A stretch of DNA of 64,000 nt, taken from Acidobacteriota bacterium. GTDB lineage: Bacteria; Acidobacteriota; Thermoanaerobaculia; Gp7-AA8. A program made the translations under genes and the position numbers. The stretch spans positions 32,001 through 96,000 of the forward strand of contig JAFATB010000002.1 in NCBI GenBank assembly GCA_019244185.1, read 5' to 3'. Positions 29,364-39,412 of this stretch are shown here, piece by piece. Each line of letters begins with the position of its first letter. Positions within the stretch are counted from its first letter, which is position 1. The notes below the pieces were generated by a model that had not been told where the DNA came from, made no database searches, and was given only the letters and a program-made list of their open reading frames with translations.

Positions 29364-30640
29364 GCGAGTCCGGCGATGGCCGCGCGCACGCGCACGAGCC
29401 CTTCCTCGCAGTCGCGCACCGACACCGCGCCGGCGCTGAGGCGGAACCAGCCATCCTCTTCCTTGGTGCCGAACGCCTGGAACGGCACGACCGCGAAGCC
29501 GGCCTGCTCGAGCAGAAAGCGCCGGATCGCCTCGTTCGTGCCGAAGCGGTCGATGAGATTGAACTGCGCGGAGAGATAGATCGCGCCCTGCGGCGCAATT
29601 GCGTTCACCGGCAAGCCCTCGCGGCGCATCTCCATCAGGCCGTCGTACAGCGTGTCGAGGCGTAGCCGCAGTTCGCGGATCATCGTCTCGTGGTACGACG
29701 CGATCTCGTCTTTTTGGCCGAGGAACGTGGCGACGGCGAGCTGCTCCGCTTTCGGGGACCAGGCGCCGACGTGACCGATGATGTCGCGCATGCGCGCGGT
29801 CACGGCGGGCGGCGCGACGGTCCAGCCGACGCGCAGACCGGTCGCGGCGAGCGCCTTCGAGATGCCGTCGACGAAGATCGTGTACGCGGCCGCCTCGGGC
29901 ACGACCTGCGGCGGCGTCCAGTGGCGGTTCTCGCCGAACGTCAGCATCCAGTAGACCTGATCCCACAGGATGAACAGCGGGCGCTGGCCGGTCGTCGCGC
30001 GTCGTTCGTTCTCTTCGACGGCGAGCGTCGCGATCGCTTCGACTTCGCCGCGGTTCATCACCGTGCCGGTCGGATTGAGCGGCGTGCAGACCGCGAGCAG
30101 CGCGGCCTCGCGCACGTGCGGCCGGATCATCGCCGCGGTCGGCATGAAGTTCGTCTCCGCGCCGACCTTCAGCTCGATCGGACGTCCGCCGCTGAGATAC
30201 GTGTAGTGATTGTTGTTCCACGACGGCGTCGGATAGATCACCGCGTCGCCGCGATCGACGACCGCGGCGTACGCCGCGAAGATGATCGGGCGCGAGCCGC
30301 CGGCGATGAGCGTCGACTCGAGCGGATACTCGAGGCCGAACGATTCCTGAAAGAATGCCAGCACCGCGCGCCGCAGCTCCAGCGTGCCGTCGGACGGCGG
30401 ATAGTTCGTCTGTCCCGCGGCGAGGTTCGCGACGATCTGCGCCTCGAGCGCGCGCGGGATGCGGAACTCCGTCGGCGCGAAGTCGCCGACCGTGAGATTC
30501 GCGACCGAGCGTCCCGACGATGCGTACGCGCGCACCTCGCCGGCGATCTTGAGCACCTCGGAACCGATGAGACCTTGCGCCAGCGACGAGAGCGAGCGGT
30601 CGGAGCAGCGCGTGAGGATGTCGGACGTTGCGTTGGCCAT
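29360..30640 (-). CDS. PLP-dependent class I/II aminotransferase
   Basis: NLTVGD, YPPSDG, PLNPTG, WDQVY, GISKALAATGLRVGW. Confidence 0.92.
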   Translation of the reverse strand: MANATSDILTRCSDRSLSSLAQGLIGSEVLKIAGEVRAYASSGRSVANLTVGDFAPTEFRIPRALEAQIVANLAAGQTNYPPSDGTLELRRAVLAFFQESFGLEYPLESTLIAGGSRPIIFAAYAAVVDRGDAVIYPTPSWNNNHYTYLSGGRPIELKVGAETNFMPTAAMIRPHVREAALLAVCTPLNPTGTVMNRGEVEAIATLAVEENERRATTGQRPLFILWDQVYWMLTFGENRHWTPPQVVPEAAAYTIFVDGISKALAATGLRVGWTVAPPAVTARMRDIIGHVGAWSPKAEQLAVATFLGQKDEIASYHETMIRELRLRLDTLYDGLMEMRREGLPVNAIAPQGAIYLSAQFNLIDRFGTNEAIRRFLLEQAGFAVVPFQAFGTKEEDGWFRLSAGAVSVRDCEEGLVRVRAAIAGLA

Positions 30641-30647
30641 GCGCCCG

Positions 30648-31361
30648 TCAGCGTACCTGAGCGGCCTGCCCTTGCAAAGCGAGCCAATCGGGAAGCTCGG
30701 CGATCGACTCGAGGCGCGCGAAGGTCTCGTGAATCGTCGACTCGTCGACGTGCTCGTGCGCCCACGTCGCGACGTACGGGATGTGCACCGCGCTCCCGCC
30801 CGCGGCGATGGCGGGGAGGATGTCCGAGCGCAGCGAGTTACCGACCATCAGGAACTCGTCGGGCGCGACGGCGTGGCGGCGCATGATGGTTGCGTACGTC
30901 TGCGCGTTCTTCTCCGACACGATCTCGACGGCGGCGAAGAACTCGCCGATGCCCGAGCGTGCCAGCTTCGACTCCTGGTCGAAGAGGTCGCCCTTGGTTA
31001 ACAGCATTAACCGATGGGAGCGCGACAGCCGCGTCACCGTCTCGCGCACGCCGTCGAGCAGTTGCACGGGCGCCATCAGCATCGTGCGGCCCCAGTCGAT
31101 GATCTGCTGGATCTCGCGTCCGCCGATGCGACCTTCGGTCAGCTCGATGGCCGTCTCGATCATCGACAGCGTGAAGCCTTTGATCCCGTAGCCGAACTGC
31201 GCGAGGTTCTTCGTCTCCGTCGCGAGCAGCCGCGCGCGAACCCAGTCTTCGGGATGGTAGTCGCGCAGCAGTTCCGCGAGCTGGCGCTCGACGGACTGGA
31301 ACATCGTCTCGTTGTGCCAGAGCGTGTCGTCCGCGTCGAACGCGATGAGGCGGAAGGTCAT
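30648..31361 (-). CDS. HAD-superfamily hydrolase
   Basis: AFDADDTLW, TKGD, MVGNSLRSDI. Confidence 0.9.
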   Translation of the reverse strand: MTFRLIAFDADDTLWHNETMFQSVERQLAELLRDYHPEDWVRARLLATETKNLAQFGYGIKGFTLSMIETAIELTEGRIGGREIQQIIDWGRTMLMAPVQLLDGVRETVTRLSRSHRLMLLTKGDLFDQESKLARSGIGEFFAAVEIVSEKNAQTYATIMRRHAVAPDEFLMVGNSLRSDILPAIAAGGSAVHIPYVATWAHEHVDESTIHETFARLESIAELPDWLALQGQAAQVR

Positions 31362-32098
31362 GCGCGGCGATTGTATGCGCGGTGGATCTTCCACAAATCG
31401 CGCAGCGCTTTCAGGAAATCGCCCGACTTGACCTTCGAGCCTTTCACGTCGTGCCACGTCTCGATCGGCAGCTCGTAGATCGCGCGCGCCGCGGCGTCGC
31501 GGCCGCGCTGGCGGACGAAGCGCGCGATGATCTCGACGTCGAAGATCCAGCGCGAGAGGAACGGCTTCGCGAACAGCTCGGGCATCGCGTCCGACATGCG
31601 AAAGAGCTTCGCGCCGCATTGCGTGTCGTAGACCGCGAGGCCGAGGGACGAAGAGATGAGCGTCGCGCCGACGCGGCCGAAATAGTGGCGCGACGGGTTG
31701 CGGCTGATCGAACGGCCGAGGAGGCGGACGCGCGCGGCGAAGACCATCTCGATGCGCGGCAGCGCGGTGAAGACGTCGAGGAACGCGCGCACCTCGGAGA
31801 GCGGCGTCGCGAGATCCGCATCCCAGAAGCCGAAGAAGTCGGGACGGCGCTCCATCGCCGCGAGCATCCCGCGCCGCACCGCTTCCGCCTTGCCGGAGTT
31901 CTGCTCGAGATTCACCACGAAGTAGCGCGAGGGATCTTCGTCATGCAGCGATTCGAGGAGGCGCAGCGTGCCGTCGGTGCTCCCGTCGTTGACGAAGCAG
32001 AATTCAACGCGCGTTCCGTCTGCCGTAAAGCGGCGGAACTCGTCGACGGGCAGGCGCCGCTCTTCGTTGAAGCACGGCACGACGATGATCAGATGCAC
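31358..32098 (-). CDS. Glycosyltransferase family 2 (polyprenol-phosphate glycosyltransferase-like)
   Basis: VVPCFNEE, VNDGSTD, GKAEAVRRG, DADLATP, DTQCGAKLF, WIFDVE; GTG start inferred. Confidence 0.9.
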   Translation of the reverse strand: MHLIIVVPCFNEERRLPVDEFRRFTADGTRVEFCFVNDGSTDGTLRLLESLHDEDPSRYFVVNLEQNSGKAEAVRRGMLAAMERRPDFFGFWDADLATPLSEVRAFLDVFTALPRIEMVFAARVRLLGRSISRNPSRHYFGRVGATLISSSLGLAVYDTQCGAKLFRMSDAMPELFAKPFLSRWIFDVEIIARFVRQRGRDAAARAIYELPIETWHDVKGSKVKSGDFLKALRDLWKIHRAYNRRA

Positions 32099-32130
32099 GG
32101 CGCGCCATTCTGCACTAACTTGCTCGCTGC

Positions 32131-32754
32131 ATGACGTTGTGCACGATCGAGACTCCGACGCACGGCCGCTTCCTTCATGAAGCGCGCGATCCGCGGCGTT
32201 TGCTCGTCGGCTTTCACGGCTACGGCGAGAACGCCGAGTTGCACATGGCGGAACTGCAGCAGATCCCGGGCGCGGAGTCGTGGTCGCTCGTCGCCGTGCA
32301 AGCGCTGCATCCGTTCTACACGCGCAGCGAGCAGGTGGTGGCGAACTGGATGACGCGGCAGGATCGCGAGCTCGCGATCGCCGACAACATCGAGTACGTG
32401 CGCCGCGTGCTCGCAACGCTGCCGTCGCCGCGTACGCTCGTCTTCCTCGGCTTCTCGCAAGGCGCCGCGATGGCGTCACGCGCCGCCGCACGCGTCGCGT
32501 CCGCGCAAGGTCTCATTCTCCTCGGCGGCGACATTCCGCCGGAGCTCCGTTCCGACGACGCGATCCGCTGGCCGGCGACGCTCCTCGCGCGCGGCGTGCG
32601 CGACGACTGGTACACGGACGCGAAACTCGAGAGCGACGCGGCGTTCCTCGAACCGCGCACGCGCGTCACGCGCTGCATCTTCGACGGCGGCCACGAATGG
32701 ACGAGCGAGTTCCGCGCGTCGGCGGGGGAGTTTCTGCGCACCGTTGATCGTTGA
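32131..32754 (+). CDS. Alpha/beta hydrolase (phospholipase/carboxylesterase)
   Basis: FHGYG, GFSQG nucleophile motif, G..DDW, FDGGH. Confidence 0.88.
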   Translation: MTLCTIETPTHGRFLHEARDPRRLLVGFHGYGENAELHMAELQQIPGAESWSLVAVQALHPFYTRSEQVVANWMTRQDRELAIADNIEYVRRVLATLPSPRTLVFLGFSQGAAMASRAAARVASAQGLILLGGDIPPELRSDDAIRWPATLLARGVRDDWYTDAKLESDAAFLEPRTRVTRCIFDGGHEWTSEFRASAGEFLRTVDR

Positions 32755-32766
32755 TCAGTGGTTCGC

Positions 32767-34590
32767 ATGTCTGCCCGCCTCGAACGCCTGAAAGCGCGCC
32801 TCAAAGAGTTGCCCGAGCGGCCCGGCGTATATCTGCACAAGAACGCGGAAGGGCAGGTCATCTACGTCGGCAAGGCGCGCAATCTGCGCAACCGCGTGAC
32901 CTCGTATCTCGTCGGCCGCGGCGCACGCGACGCGAAGACGATGACGCTGATCAACGAGATCGACGCCATCGACTTCGTCACGACGAACAACGAACTGGAG
33001 GCGATCCTCCTCGAGAACAACCTCATCAAGGCGCACCAGCCGCGCTACAACATCCTTCTTCGCGACGACAAGAGCTATCCGTATCTCAAAGTCACGCTGT
33101 CGGAGGATTACCCGAGGGTCGTGTTCACGCGGAGAGTCGACCGGAAGAAGGGCGATCTGTTCTTCGGGCCGTTCTTCGCTGGAACGGCGCGGCGCATCCT
33201 CAAGCTCGTCGCGGATCAGTTCAAGCTGCGCAGCTGCGATCTCGACATCGACGAAGGCAAGAGCGCGCTGTCGCGACCTTGTCTCTACTACGACATGCAT
33301 CAATGTCTCGGCCCGTGCGTGGTCGGGCTGACGACGTCCGCGGAGTATCGCGAGATGGTCGACGACGTCGTGCTGTTCCTCAGCGGCAAGTCGAAAGAGC
33401 TGCAGGCGCGGCTCGGCGAGCGGATGTACCGCGCGGCGGAGCAGGAGAACTACGAGATCGCGACGTACTACCGCGACCTCATCCGCACCGTCGAGCGCAT
33501 TCAGGCCGAGCAGCAGGTGGAATCGGCGGAAGACGAGGACATGGACGTCTGGGGCCTGTACGAAGAAGGCAACGATGTCGCCGTGCAGCTCTTCGTCATC
33601 CGCGGCGGCAGCGTCGTCGATCGGCGCGAGCTCTTCTGGGAGAAGATCGAGGAGTACCAGCCGGGCTACTTCCTGAGCGAGATCCTGCAGCGCTATTATC
33701 AAGATAACTTATTCATTCCAAACGAGATCCTCATGCCGTTCGAGGTCGAGGATCGCGATCTCCTCCTCGAATGGCTGGCCTCGCAGGCGCAGCGAAAAGT
33801 CAACCTGCGCGTGCCGCAGCGCGGGCGCGGCGTCGACCGGCTCGAGCTCGCCAACCGCAACGCGCGCCTCTCGCACGAGTCGCGGTTCAAGAAGTCGCAG
33901 CAGGATCGGCTCGCGATTGCCGCCGAGCGCCTCGGCACGATCCTCGGCTACGGCGACCGCGCGATCCAGAAGATCGAGTCGTTCGACATCTCGAACATCC
34001 AGGGCACGGACTCCGTCGCCGGCATGGTCGTTCTCGACCGCGGCAAGTTCGACAAGAACCAGTACCGCGTTTTCAACATCAAGACCGTCATCGGCGCGGA
34101 CGACTTCCGCTCGATGGCGGAGGCGGTCGATCGCCGGTACCGGCGCTTGCTCGAAGAGAGCAAAGCGCTGCCGGACATGATCCTCATCGACGGCGGACGC
34201 GGCCAGCTCAATGCCGCCCTCGCGGCGCTCAACAAGCTCGGCGTCGAGGAGATCCCGATCGCGGGGCTCGCGAAGCGCGAGGAAGAGATCTACGTTCCCG
34301 ATCGCGAAGAGCCGATCCGGCTCGACCGTCACGATCCGGCGCTGCAGCTGCTGCAGATGGTGCGCGACGAGACGCACCGCTTCGCCGTGTCGTCGCATCG
34401 CCGCCGCCGCGCGAAGCGCACGCTGCACAGCGCGCTCGACGATCTGCCCGGCATCGGCGAGAAGCGCAAGCGGCTGCTGCTCGAACGCTTCGGCAGCGTC
34501 TCCGCGATCAAACAGGCGTCTGCACAAGACCTGATGCACGTCCTCGGACGAAAAGTGGGGCAGACGTTGTGGGATGAGCTGCACGAATAG
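32767..34590 (+). CDS. uvrC: Excinuclease ABC subunit C
   Basis: PGVY...IYVGKA (GIY-YIG), PRYNILLRDDKSYPY, FDISN, IDGGRGQL, RDETHRFA, HhH. Confidence 0.97.
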   Translation: MSARLERLKARLKELPERPGVYLHKNAEGQVIYVGKARNLRNRVTSYLVGRGARDAKTMTLINEIDAIDFVTTNNELEAILLENNLIKAHQPRYNILLRDDKSYPYLKVTLSEDYPRVVFTRRVDRKKGDLFFGPFFAGTARRILKLVADQFKLRSCDLDIDEGKSALSRPCLYYDMHQCLGPCVVGLTTSAEYREMVDDVVLFLSGKSKELQARLGERMYRAAEQENYEIATYYRDLIRTVERIQAEQQVESAEDEDMDVWGLYEEGNDVAVQLFVIRGGSVVDRRELFWEKIEEYQPGYFLSEILQRYYQDNLFIPNEILMPFEVEDRDLLLEWLASQAQRKVNLRVPQRGRGVDRLELANRNARLSHESRFKKSQQDRLAIAAERLGTILGYGDRAIQKIESFDISNIQGTDSVAGMVVLDRGKFDKNQYRVFNIKTVIGADDFRSMAEAVDRRYRRLLEESKALPDMILIDGGRGQLNAALAALNKLGVEEIPIAGLAKREEEIYVPDREEPIRLDRHDPALQLLQMVRDETHRFAVSSHRRRRAKRTLHSALDDLPGIGEKRKRLLLERFGSVSAIKQASAQDLMHVLGRKVGQTLWDELHE

Positions 34591-34644
34591 GCGATAATCG
34601 CCGCGATCCGCGGGACGCGAATTGTCGAAAGGGTGGGAGCCTGC

Positions 34645-36738
34645 ATGCTCGAAGGCGAGATCAGCGAGATTCAACTCATCGAACGGCTCGTAGAGCTGTG
34701 GCGCGAGCAGTTCACGGGAGCGATCCGCTTCGAGAACGACGGTATCATCAAGATCGTCTACTTCAAGAGCGGCGACGTGCTCTCCGCGAGCACGAACGAT
34801 CGCGCCGACAGCGTCGACGAGATTCTGATGCGCGCGGGCAAGGTCTCCCGCGAGCACGTCAAGCAGGCGCTCGCGAAGCGGAAGGAAAGCGAGACGCTCG
34901 GCGACGCGCTCCTGAACCTCGGCTTCATCACCCGCAAGGAGCTGACGTGGGCGCGGCGCGTTCAGGTCGTCGGCGTCATCCGCTCGATCGCCGCGTGGAC
35001 GCACGGCTCGTTCACCATCGTCGCCGACTATCTGCCGAAGCGCGACGAAGGCACGCTCTTCCCGCTGCCGCAGCTCCTCGTCGAGCTGATCGTCACCGAA
35101 CAGGATCGTCCGCGTTTCGAGCGGGCGATGGACGGCGGCGACGCGATCTTCGCGAAGGCCGCCGACTTCGACGACGTCTTCCGGCGCCTCGGATTGAATG
35201 AGGACGCCGAGGCGATCGCCGCGCAGATCGACGGCGAGAAGACCGCCGCGCAGGTGGCGATCGCGTCGGGACGCGACACCTTCAATGTCTACAAGCTGCT
35301 CGAGGCGCTGGCGACGTTGGGCGTTTTGACGCGCACCGCAAACCCTCAAGCATCACCTCAGCTTTCGGCGGATGACTTTGCAACGGCAGGAGTTGCGGAC
35401 GCCTCGGAGATGTGGTCCGAGCCGCCGCAGCCCTCGGAGCCGCAGTTCGAGTTCGACGAGACGGAGACGATGGCGATGCCGGAACCGGCGCCACACGTGC
35501 CCGCCTACGAAACCTCGCCGGCGGTCACCGCGACGTCGGCGTGGGATGACGAGGACGAGCCGCCGGTGACGGCGAAGATGCCGGCGTGGGACACGCCGCC
35601 GCGCGAGCCGCTGGCGGTTCCGATCCCGGCGCAGATCGAGCCGCCCGCGGATGCGGACGAGGACCAGTGGGGCTTCGACGAGGCGCAGCTCGAGACGGCG
35701 CGCCGCGCGTCGGTGCCGCTGCGCGAGTCCGATCCGCCCGCCGACGATCTCGATCTCGTCGATCCGGCTGCCGCGCCGCCGCCGCGCACCGGACGTCGTT
35801 ACGGCTTCATCGTGACGGTTCTCGTGCTGCTGATTCTCGGCGGCGTTGGCTACGGCGCGTTCCTCTGGTGGCAGAGCCGCGACGCGCAGGTCGCCTCCTC
35901 GGAACCGCTCGCCGTGCCGCGTGCGCGAAGGATGCGCAAACCGGCCACGACGACGGCAGAGGCGAGCCTCGCGACGTCTGCGCCGACGACTACCGACGCG
36001 ACGAGCACCGCCACGCCAACGACGACGACGTTCACGCCGCAGTTGAGCGCGACGACGACCACGCCGCCGCTGAGCGCGGCCGCGACGACCGCCGCACCGG
36101 CGAACATCACGCGCAACGCCCCGTCATCCGTCGCGACGACGCCGGTGACGACGACGACTGCGCCGGCGTCGGCGGCGAACGCGCGTCAGCCGATGCGCGT
36201 GACCGCGACGCCTCCGGTGAGCACCGCCGTGCCGACGACGCATGCGGCGACGCCATCGCCCGCGCCTGCGGCTGCCAACACGCATCAACCGATGCGCGTC
36301 ACGGCCGCGCCGCCGGCGACGAACGGGCGCCCCACACCCGCAACGACTCCCGCCGCTACGCATCAGGCCACGCCAGCTTCCGCCACGCCCGCAACCGACA
36401 CGCAGCCGCTCCCGACCGTCACGCGCAAGGCGACGCCGGCAGCCGCGTCGCGCACGCGCGATCAGTACGACGCGATGGCGCGCGAGTACGCGGCGAATGC
36501 GACCGGCAACTACACCGTGCAGATCCAGATCCTCTGTCAGGAGTCGAATCTCGCCGGCGCGATTCGCAGCGGCGGCAGCAACGTCTGGTTCGTGCCGCAG
36601 ACGCTGGGCGGGCGCGCGTGCTATCGCGTGTTTTGGGGACGCTACCCGACGCGCGATGCGGCGCAGAGTGCGATGGCGTCGATCCCTTCCGCGCTGCGCG
36701 ACAAGAGCGCGGCGGTCAAAGCCGTGCCGAAGCACTGA
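34645..36738 (+). CDS. DUF4388-domain membrane protein with Pro/Thr-rich linker and C-terminal SPOR-like domain
   Basis: LEGEISEIQL...FTGAIRF...VYFKSGDV; acidic linker; one TM; YTVQI...YRVFWGRYPTRDAA. Confidence 0.75.
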   Translation: MLEGEISEIQLIERLVELWREQFTGAIRFENDGIIKIVYFKSGDVLSASTNDRADSVDEILMRAGKVSREHVKQALAKRKESETLGDALLNLGFITRKELTWARRVQVVGVIRSIAAWTHGSFTIVADYLPKRDEGTLFPLPQLLVELIVTEQDRPRFERAMDGGDAIFAKAADFDDVFRRLGLNEDAEAIAAQIDGEKTAAQVAIASGRDTFNVYKLLEALATLGVLTRTANPQASPQLSADDFATAGVADASEMWSEPPQPSEPQFEFDETETMAMPEPAPHVPAYETSPAVTATSAWDDEDEPPVTAKMPAWDTPPREPLAVPIPAQIEPPADADEDQWGFDEAQLETARRASVPLRESDPPADDLDLVDPAAAPPPRTGRRYGFIVTVLVLLILGGVGYGAFLWWQSRDAQVASSEPLAVPRARRMRKPATTTAEASLATSAPTTTDATSTATPTTTTFTPQLSATTTTPPLSAAATTAAPANITRNAPSSVATTPVTTTTAPASAANARQPMRVTATPPVSTAVPTTHAATPSPAPAAANTHQPMRVTAAPPATNGRPTPATTPAATHQATPASATPATDTQPLPTVTRKATPAAASRTRDQYDAMAREYAANATGNYTVQIQILCQESNLAGAIRSGGSNVWFVPQTLGGRACYRVFWGRYPTRDAAQSAMASIPSALRDKSAAVKAVPKH

Positions 36739-36760
36739 CGGCGGGCGAGGCGCGACGCCG

Positions 36761-37180
36761 GTGCCGTGGCTCATCGACGGCTCGAACGTGCTCGGCGGCG
36801 AGCGTTACGCCGATGACGCGAAGCGGCGGCTCGTGCGCTTGCTCGCGTCGTTCGCGCGCGCGAAACGGACGCGCGTCACCTGCGTCTTCGACGGTCCGGA
36901 GCCGCCGAGCTTCGCGCGCCATCTCGGCGCGGTGAGCGTCGTCTTCGGCGGTACGCGTTCGGCGGACGACGTCATCGCCGAGCGCGCGGCGAACGGCCGC
37001 GGTTGGAGTGTCGTCACGTCGGATCGCGGACTCGCCGCGCGCGTGCAGCGTCGGCAGGTGACGGTGGTTGCGCCGCGCGCGTTTCTGCGCGACATTGAGC
37101 TCACGGCGACGACCGAAGACGCGGGCGAGGAGGACTGGCTCGCGTATTTTTCCGATCCGAAAAACCGGGAGAAATTTTGA
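36761..37180 (+). CDS. YacP-like NYN-domain protein
   Basis: WLIDGSNVL, CVFDG, SADDVI, VVTSDRGL. Confidence 0.82.
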   Translation: MPWLIDGSNVLGGERYADDAKRRLVRLLASFARAKRTRVTCVFDGPEPPSFARHLGAVSVVFGGTRSADDVIAERAANGRGWSVVTSDRGLAARVQRRQVTVVAPRAFLRDIELTATTEDAGEEDWLAYFSDPKNREKF

Positions 37181-37270
37181 TGTCGGCGCGCCGACATTGT
37201 TTCTAAGTGCTTAAATCAGAAGCAATTTAGCGGACGGAATTTCATGTCGGCGCGATGCTTTATCCTGTCC

Positions 37271-37655
<385 letters not shown>

Positions 37656-37677
37656 TTCCTTTGCTAGCATCCAGCGC

Positions 37678-38619
37678 GTGACGCTCATCCGGCCCCGCGC
37701 CCTCCCATCCAACGCCCACATCGCCGTTCTCGCCGCCTCGTCGCCGTCCGACGTCGCGCGCATCGAGTCCGGCGCGCGCGCCATCGAACAGCGCGGCCAT
37801 CGCGTGACGCTCGCCGCGAACATCGGCTCGCGCCACCGCGGCTATCTCGCCGGCAGCGACGCCAAACGCGTCGCGGAGATCAACCGCTTTCTCCGCTCCG
37901 ACGAATACGACGCGTACTTTTTCGCGCGCGGCGGCTACGGCGCGATGCGCATCCTCGACGATCTCGACTACGACGCCATCGCCGCGAACCCGCGCCCGAT
38001 CGTCGGCTTCAGCGACATCACCGCCATCCATCATGCGATGGCCGTTCGCGTCAACGTCGCCGGTCTGCACGGACCGATGGTGAACCTCGACTTCAACGAC
38101 GGACTCACACCCGACGTCGACGCGTGGCTCTGGTCGATGCTCGCCGGCGAGGCGCCGCTCGTGCGCGACTTCGCACGCGAAGACGTCGTCTGTGAAGGCG
38201 AAGCCGAAGGTCCGCTCTTCGGCGGCTGTCTCTCGCTCACCACCGCGCTCCTCGGCACGCCCTACGACTATTGGATCGACGGCGGCATCTGGTTCTGGGA
38301 AGACGTCGACGAGCCGCTCTACCGCATCGACCGTATGTTGACCCACTTACGGCTGTCTGGCAGAATGCCGCAAATCCGAGGTGTGGTCATCGGCACGTTG
38401 AAAAACTGCGGGAATGAGGCCGATTTACTGGCCTTTTTGCGCGAATTCTTCGGCGGCCTGTCCATCCCCGTCGTACGCAATCTGCCGTTCGGTCACCAGG
38501 GAAACAATCTCCTCATGCCGATCGGAGTTCCCGTTCGCCTGAGCACCGCTGAGCATACGTTGACGATCACCGAACCCGCGGTTGCGCTCCAGCCGGCGGC
38601 GAGGTCTCACCGCACATGA
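37678..38619 (+). CDS. ldcA: LD-carboxypeptidase (S66 family)
   Basis: YLAGSD..R, ARGGYG, GFSDIT, GGCLS, WEDVDE, FGH. Confidence 0.88.
   Translation: MTLIRPRALPSNAHIAVLAASSPSDVARIESGARAIEQRGHRVTLAANIGSRHRGYLAGSDAKRVAEINRFLRSDEYDAYFFARGGYGAMRILDDLDYDAIAANPRPIVGFSDITAIHHAMAVRVNVAGLHGPMVNLDFNDGLTPDVDAWLWSMLAGEAPLVRDFAREDVVCEGEAEGPLFGGCLSLTTALLGTPYDYWIDGGIWFWEDVDEPLYRIDRMLTHLRLSGRMPQIRGVVIGTLKNCGNEADLLAFLREFFGGLSIPVVRNLPFGHQGNNLLMPIGVPVRLSTAEHTLTITEPAVALQPAARSHRT
38338..38366 (+). promoter_or_regulatory. Candidate internal promoter for the cNMP-FHA gene and recG
   Basis: TTGACC (38338-43)-N17-CAGAAT (38361-66) with an extended TG, in a stretch of atypically AT-rich codons. Confidence 0.3.
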
Positions 38620-39407
38620 AGGCTGTCTTCAAGACCACCGGCGGCGGCACCGGCCGCGATCCTCTCAAGGACGCGCAGCTGCTCTTCTCCGCCGGAGAAC
38701 GCATCTTCGCGCAGGGCGACCTCGGCACGGAGATGTTCATCATCCAGGAAGGCGAAGTGCAGATCGTCAAGCACATCGGCGGCGAATCGCACATCCTCTC
38801 GCGGCTCGAGAAAGGCGACTTCTTCGGCGAGATGGCGCTGCTCGAGGCGATGCCGCGCACCGCGGATGCCGTCGCCGTCACCGAGGTGCGCGCCGTCGCC
38901 ATCAACGGCTCGCGCTTCGACGAGATGCTGCGTAAGAACCCCGAAGTCGCCGTGCGCATCATCCGCAAGTACTCGAAGCGGCTGCGCGAGGCGAACGAAC
39001 TCCTCGAAAAGCTCGCCGGACGCGAAGTCGACGTCGATCATCTCGCGATGGACGCGACGGTTGTCGCTCCCGCCGAGAAAGCGACGCGCCATCGGCTCGT
39101 CGATCTCACCACCGGCACCGCGTTCTTCTTCAGCAACGCCGACGAGACGACCATCGGCCGCGCCGATCCGGTGACCGGGATTCTGCCCGACATAGATCTC
39201 ACGCCGGTCGACACGAACCGCTCCGTCTCGCGGCGTCACGCGAAGATCATCCGCTCCGGCGACTCGTACTACGTGCTCGAGGAAGTCGGCACCGTCAACG
39301 GCACGTACGTCAACGACCAGCGCATCCCCACCGGCGTGCCCGTGACGCTGCACAACACCGACCTGCTGAAGATCGGGCTCATCTCGATGAAGGCCGTCTT
39401 CGACTGA
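38616..39407 (+). CDS. Cyclic-nucleotide-binding + FHA domain protein
   Basis: IFAQGD...MFIIQEGEV...GDFFGEMALL...PRTA; IGRAD...VSRRHA...VNGTYVN. Confidence 0.9.
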   Translation: MKAVFKTTGGGTGRDPLKDAQLLFSAGERIFAQGDLGTEMFIIQEGEVQIVKHIGGESHILSRLEKGDFFGEMALLEAMPRTADAVAVTEVRAVAINGSRFDEMLRKNPEVAVRIIRKYSKRLREANELLEKLAGREVDVDHLAMDATVVAPAEKATRHRLVDLTTGTAFFFSNADETTIGRADPVTGILPDIDLTPVDTNRSVSRRHAKIIRSGDSYYVLEEVGTVNGTYVNDQRIPTGVPVTLHNTDLLKIGLISMKAVFD

Positions 39408-39412
39408 TCGTC

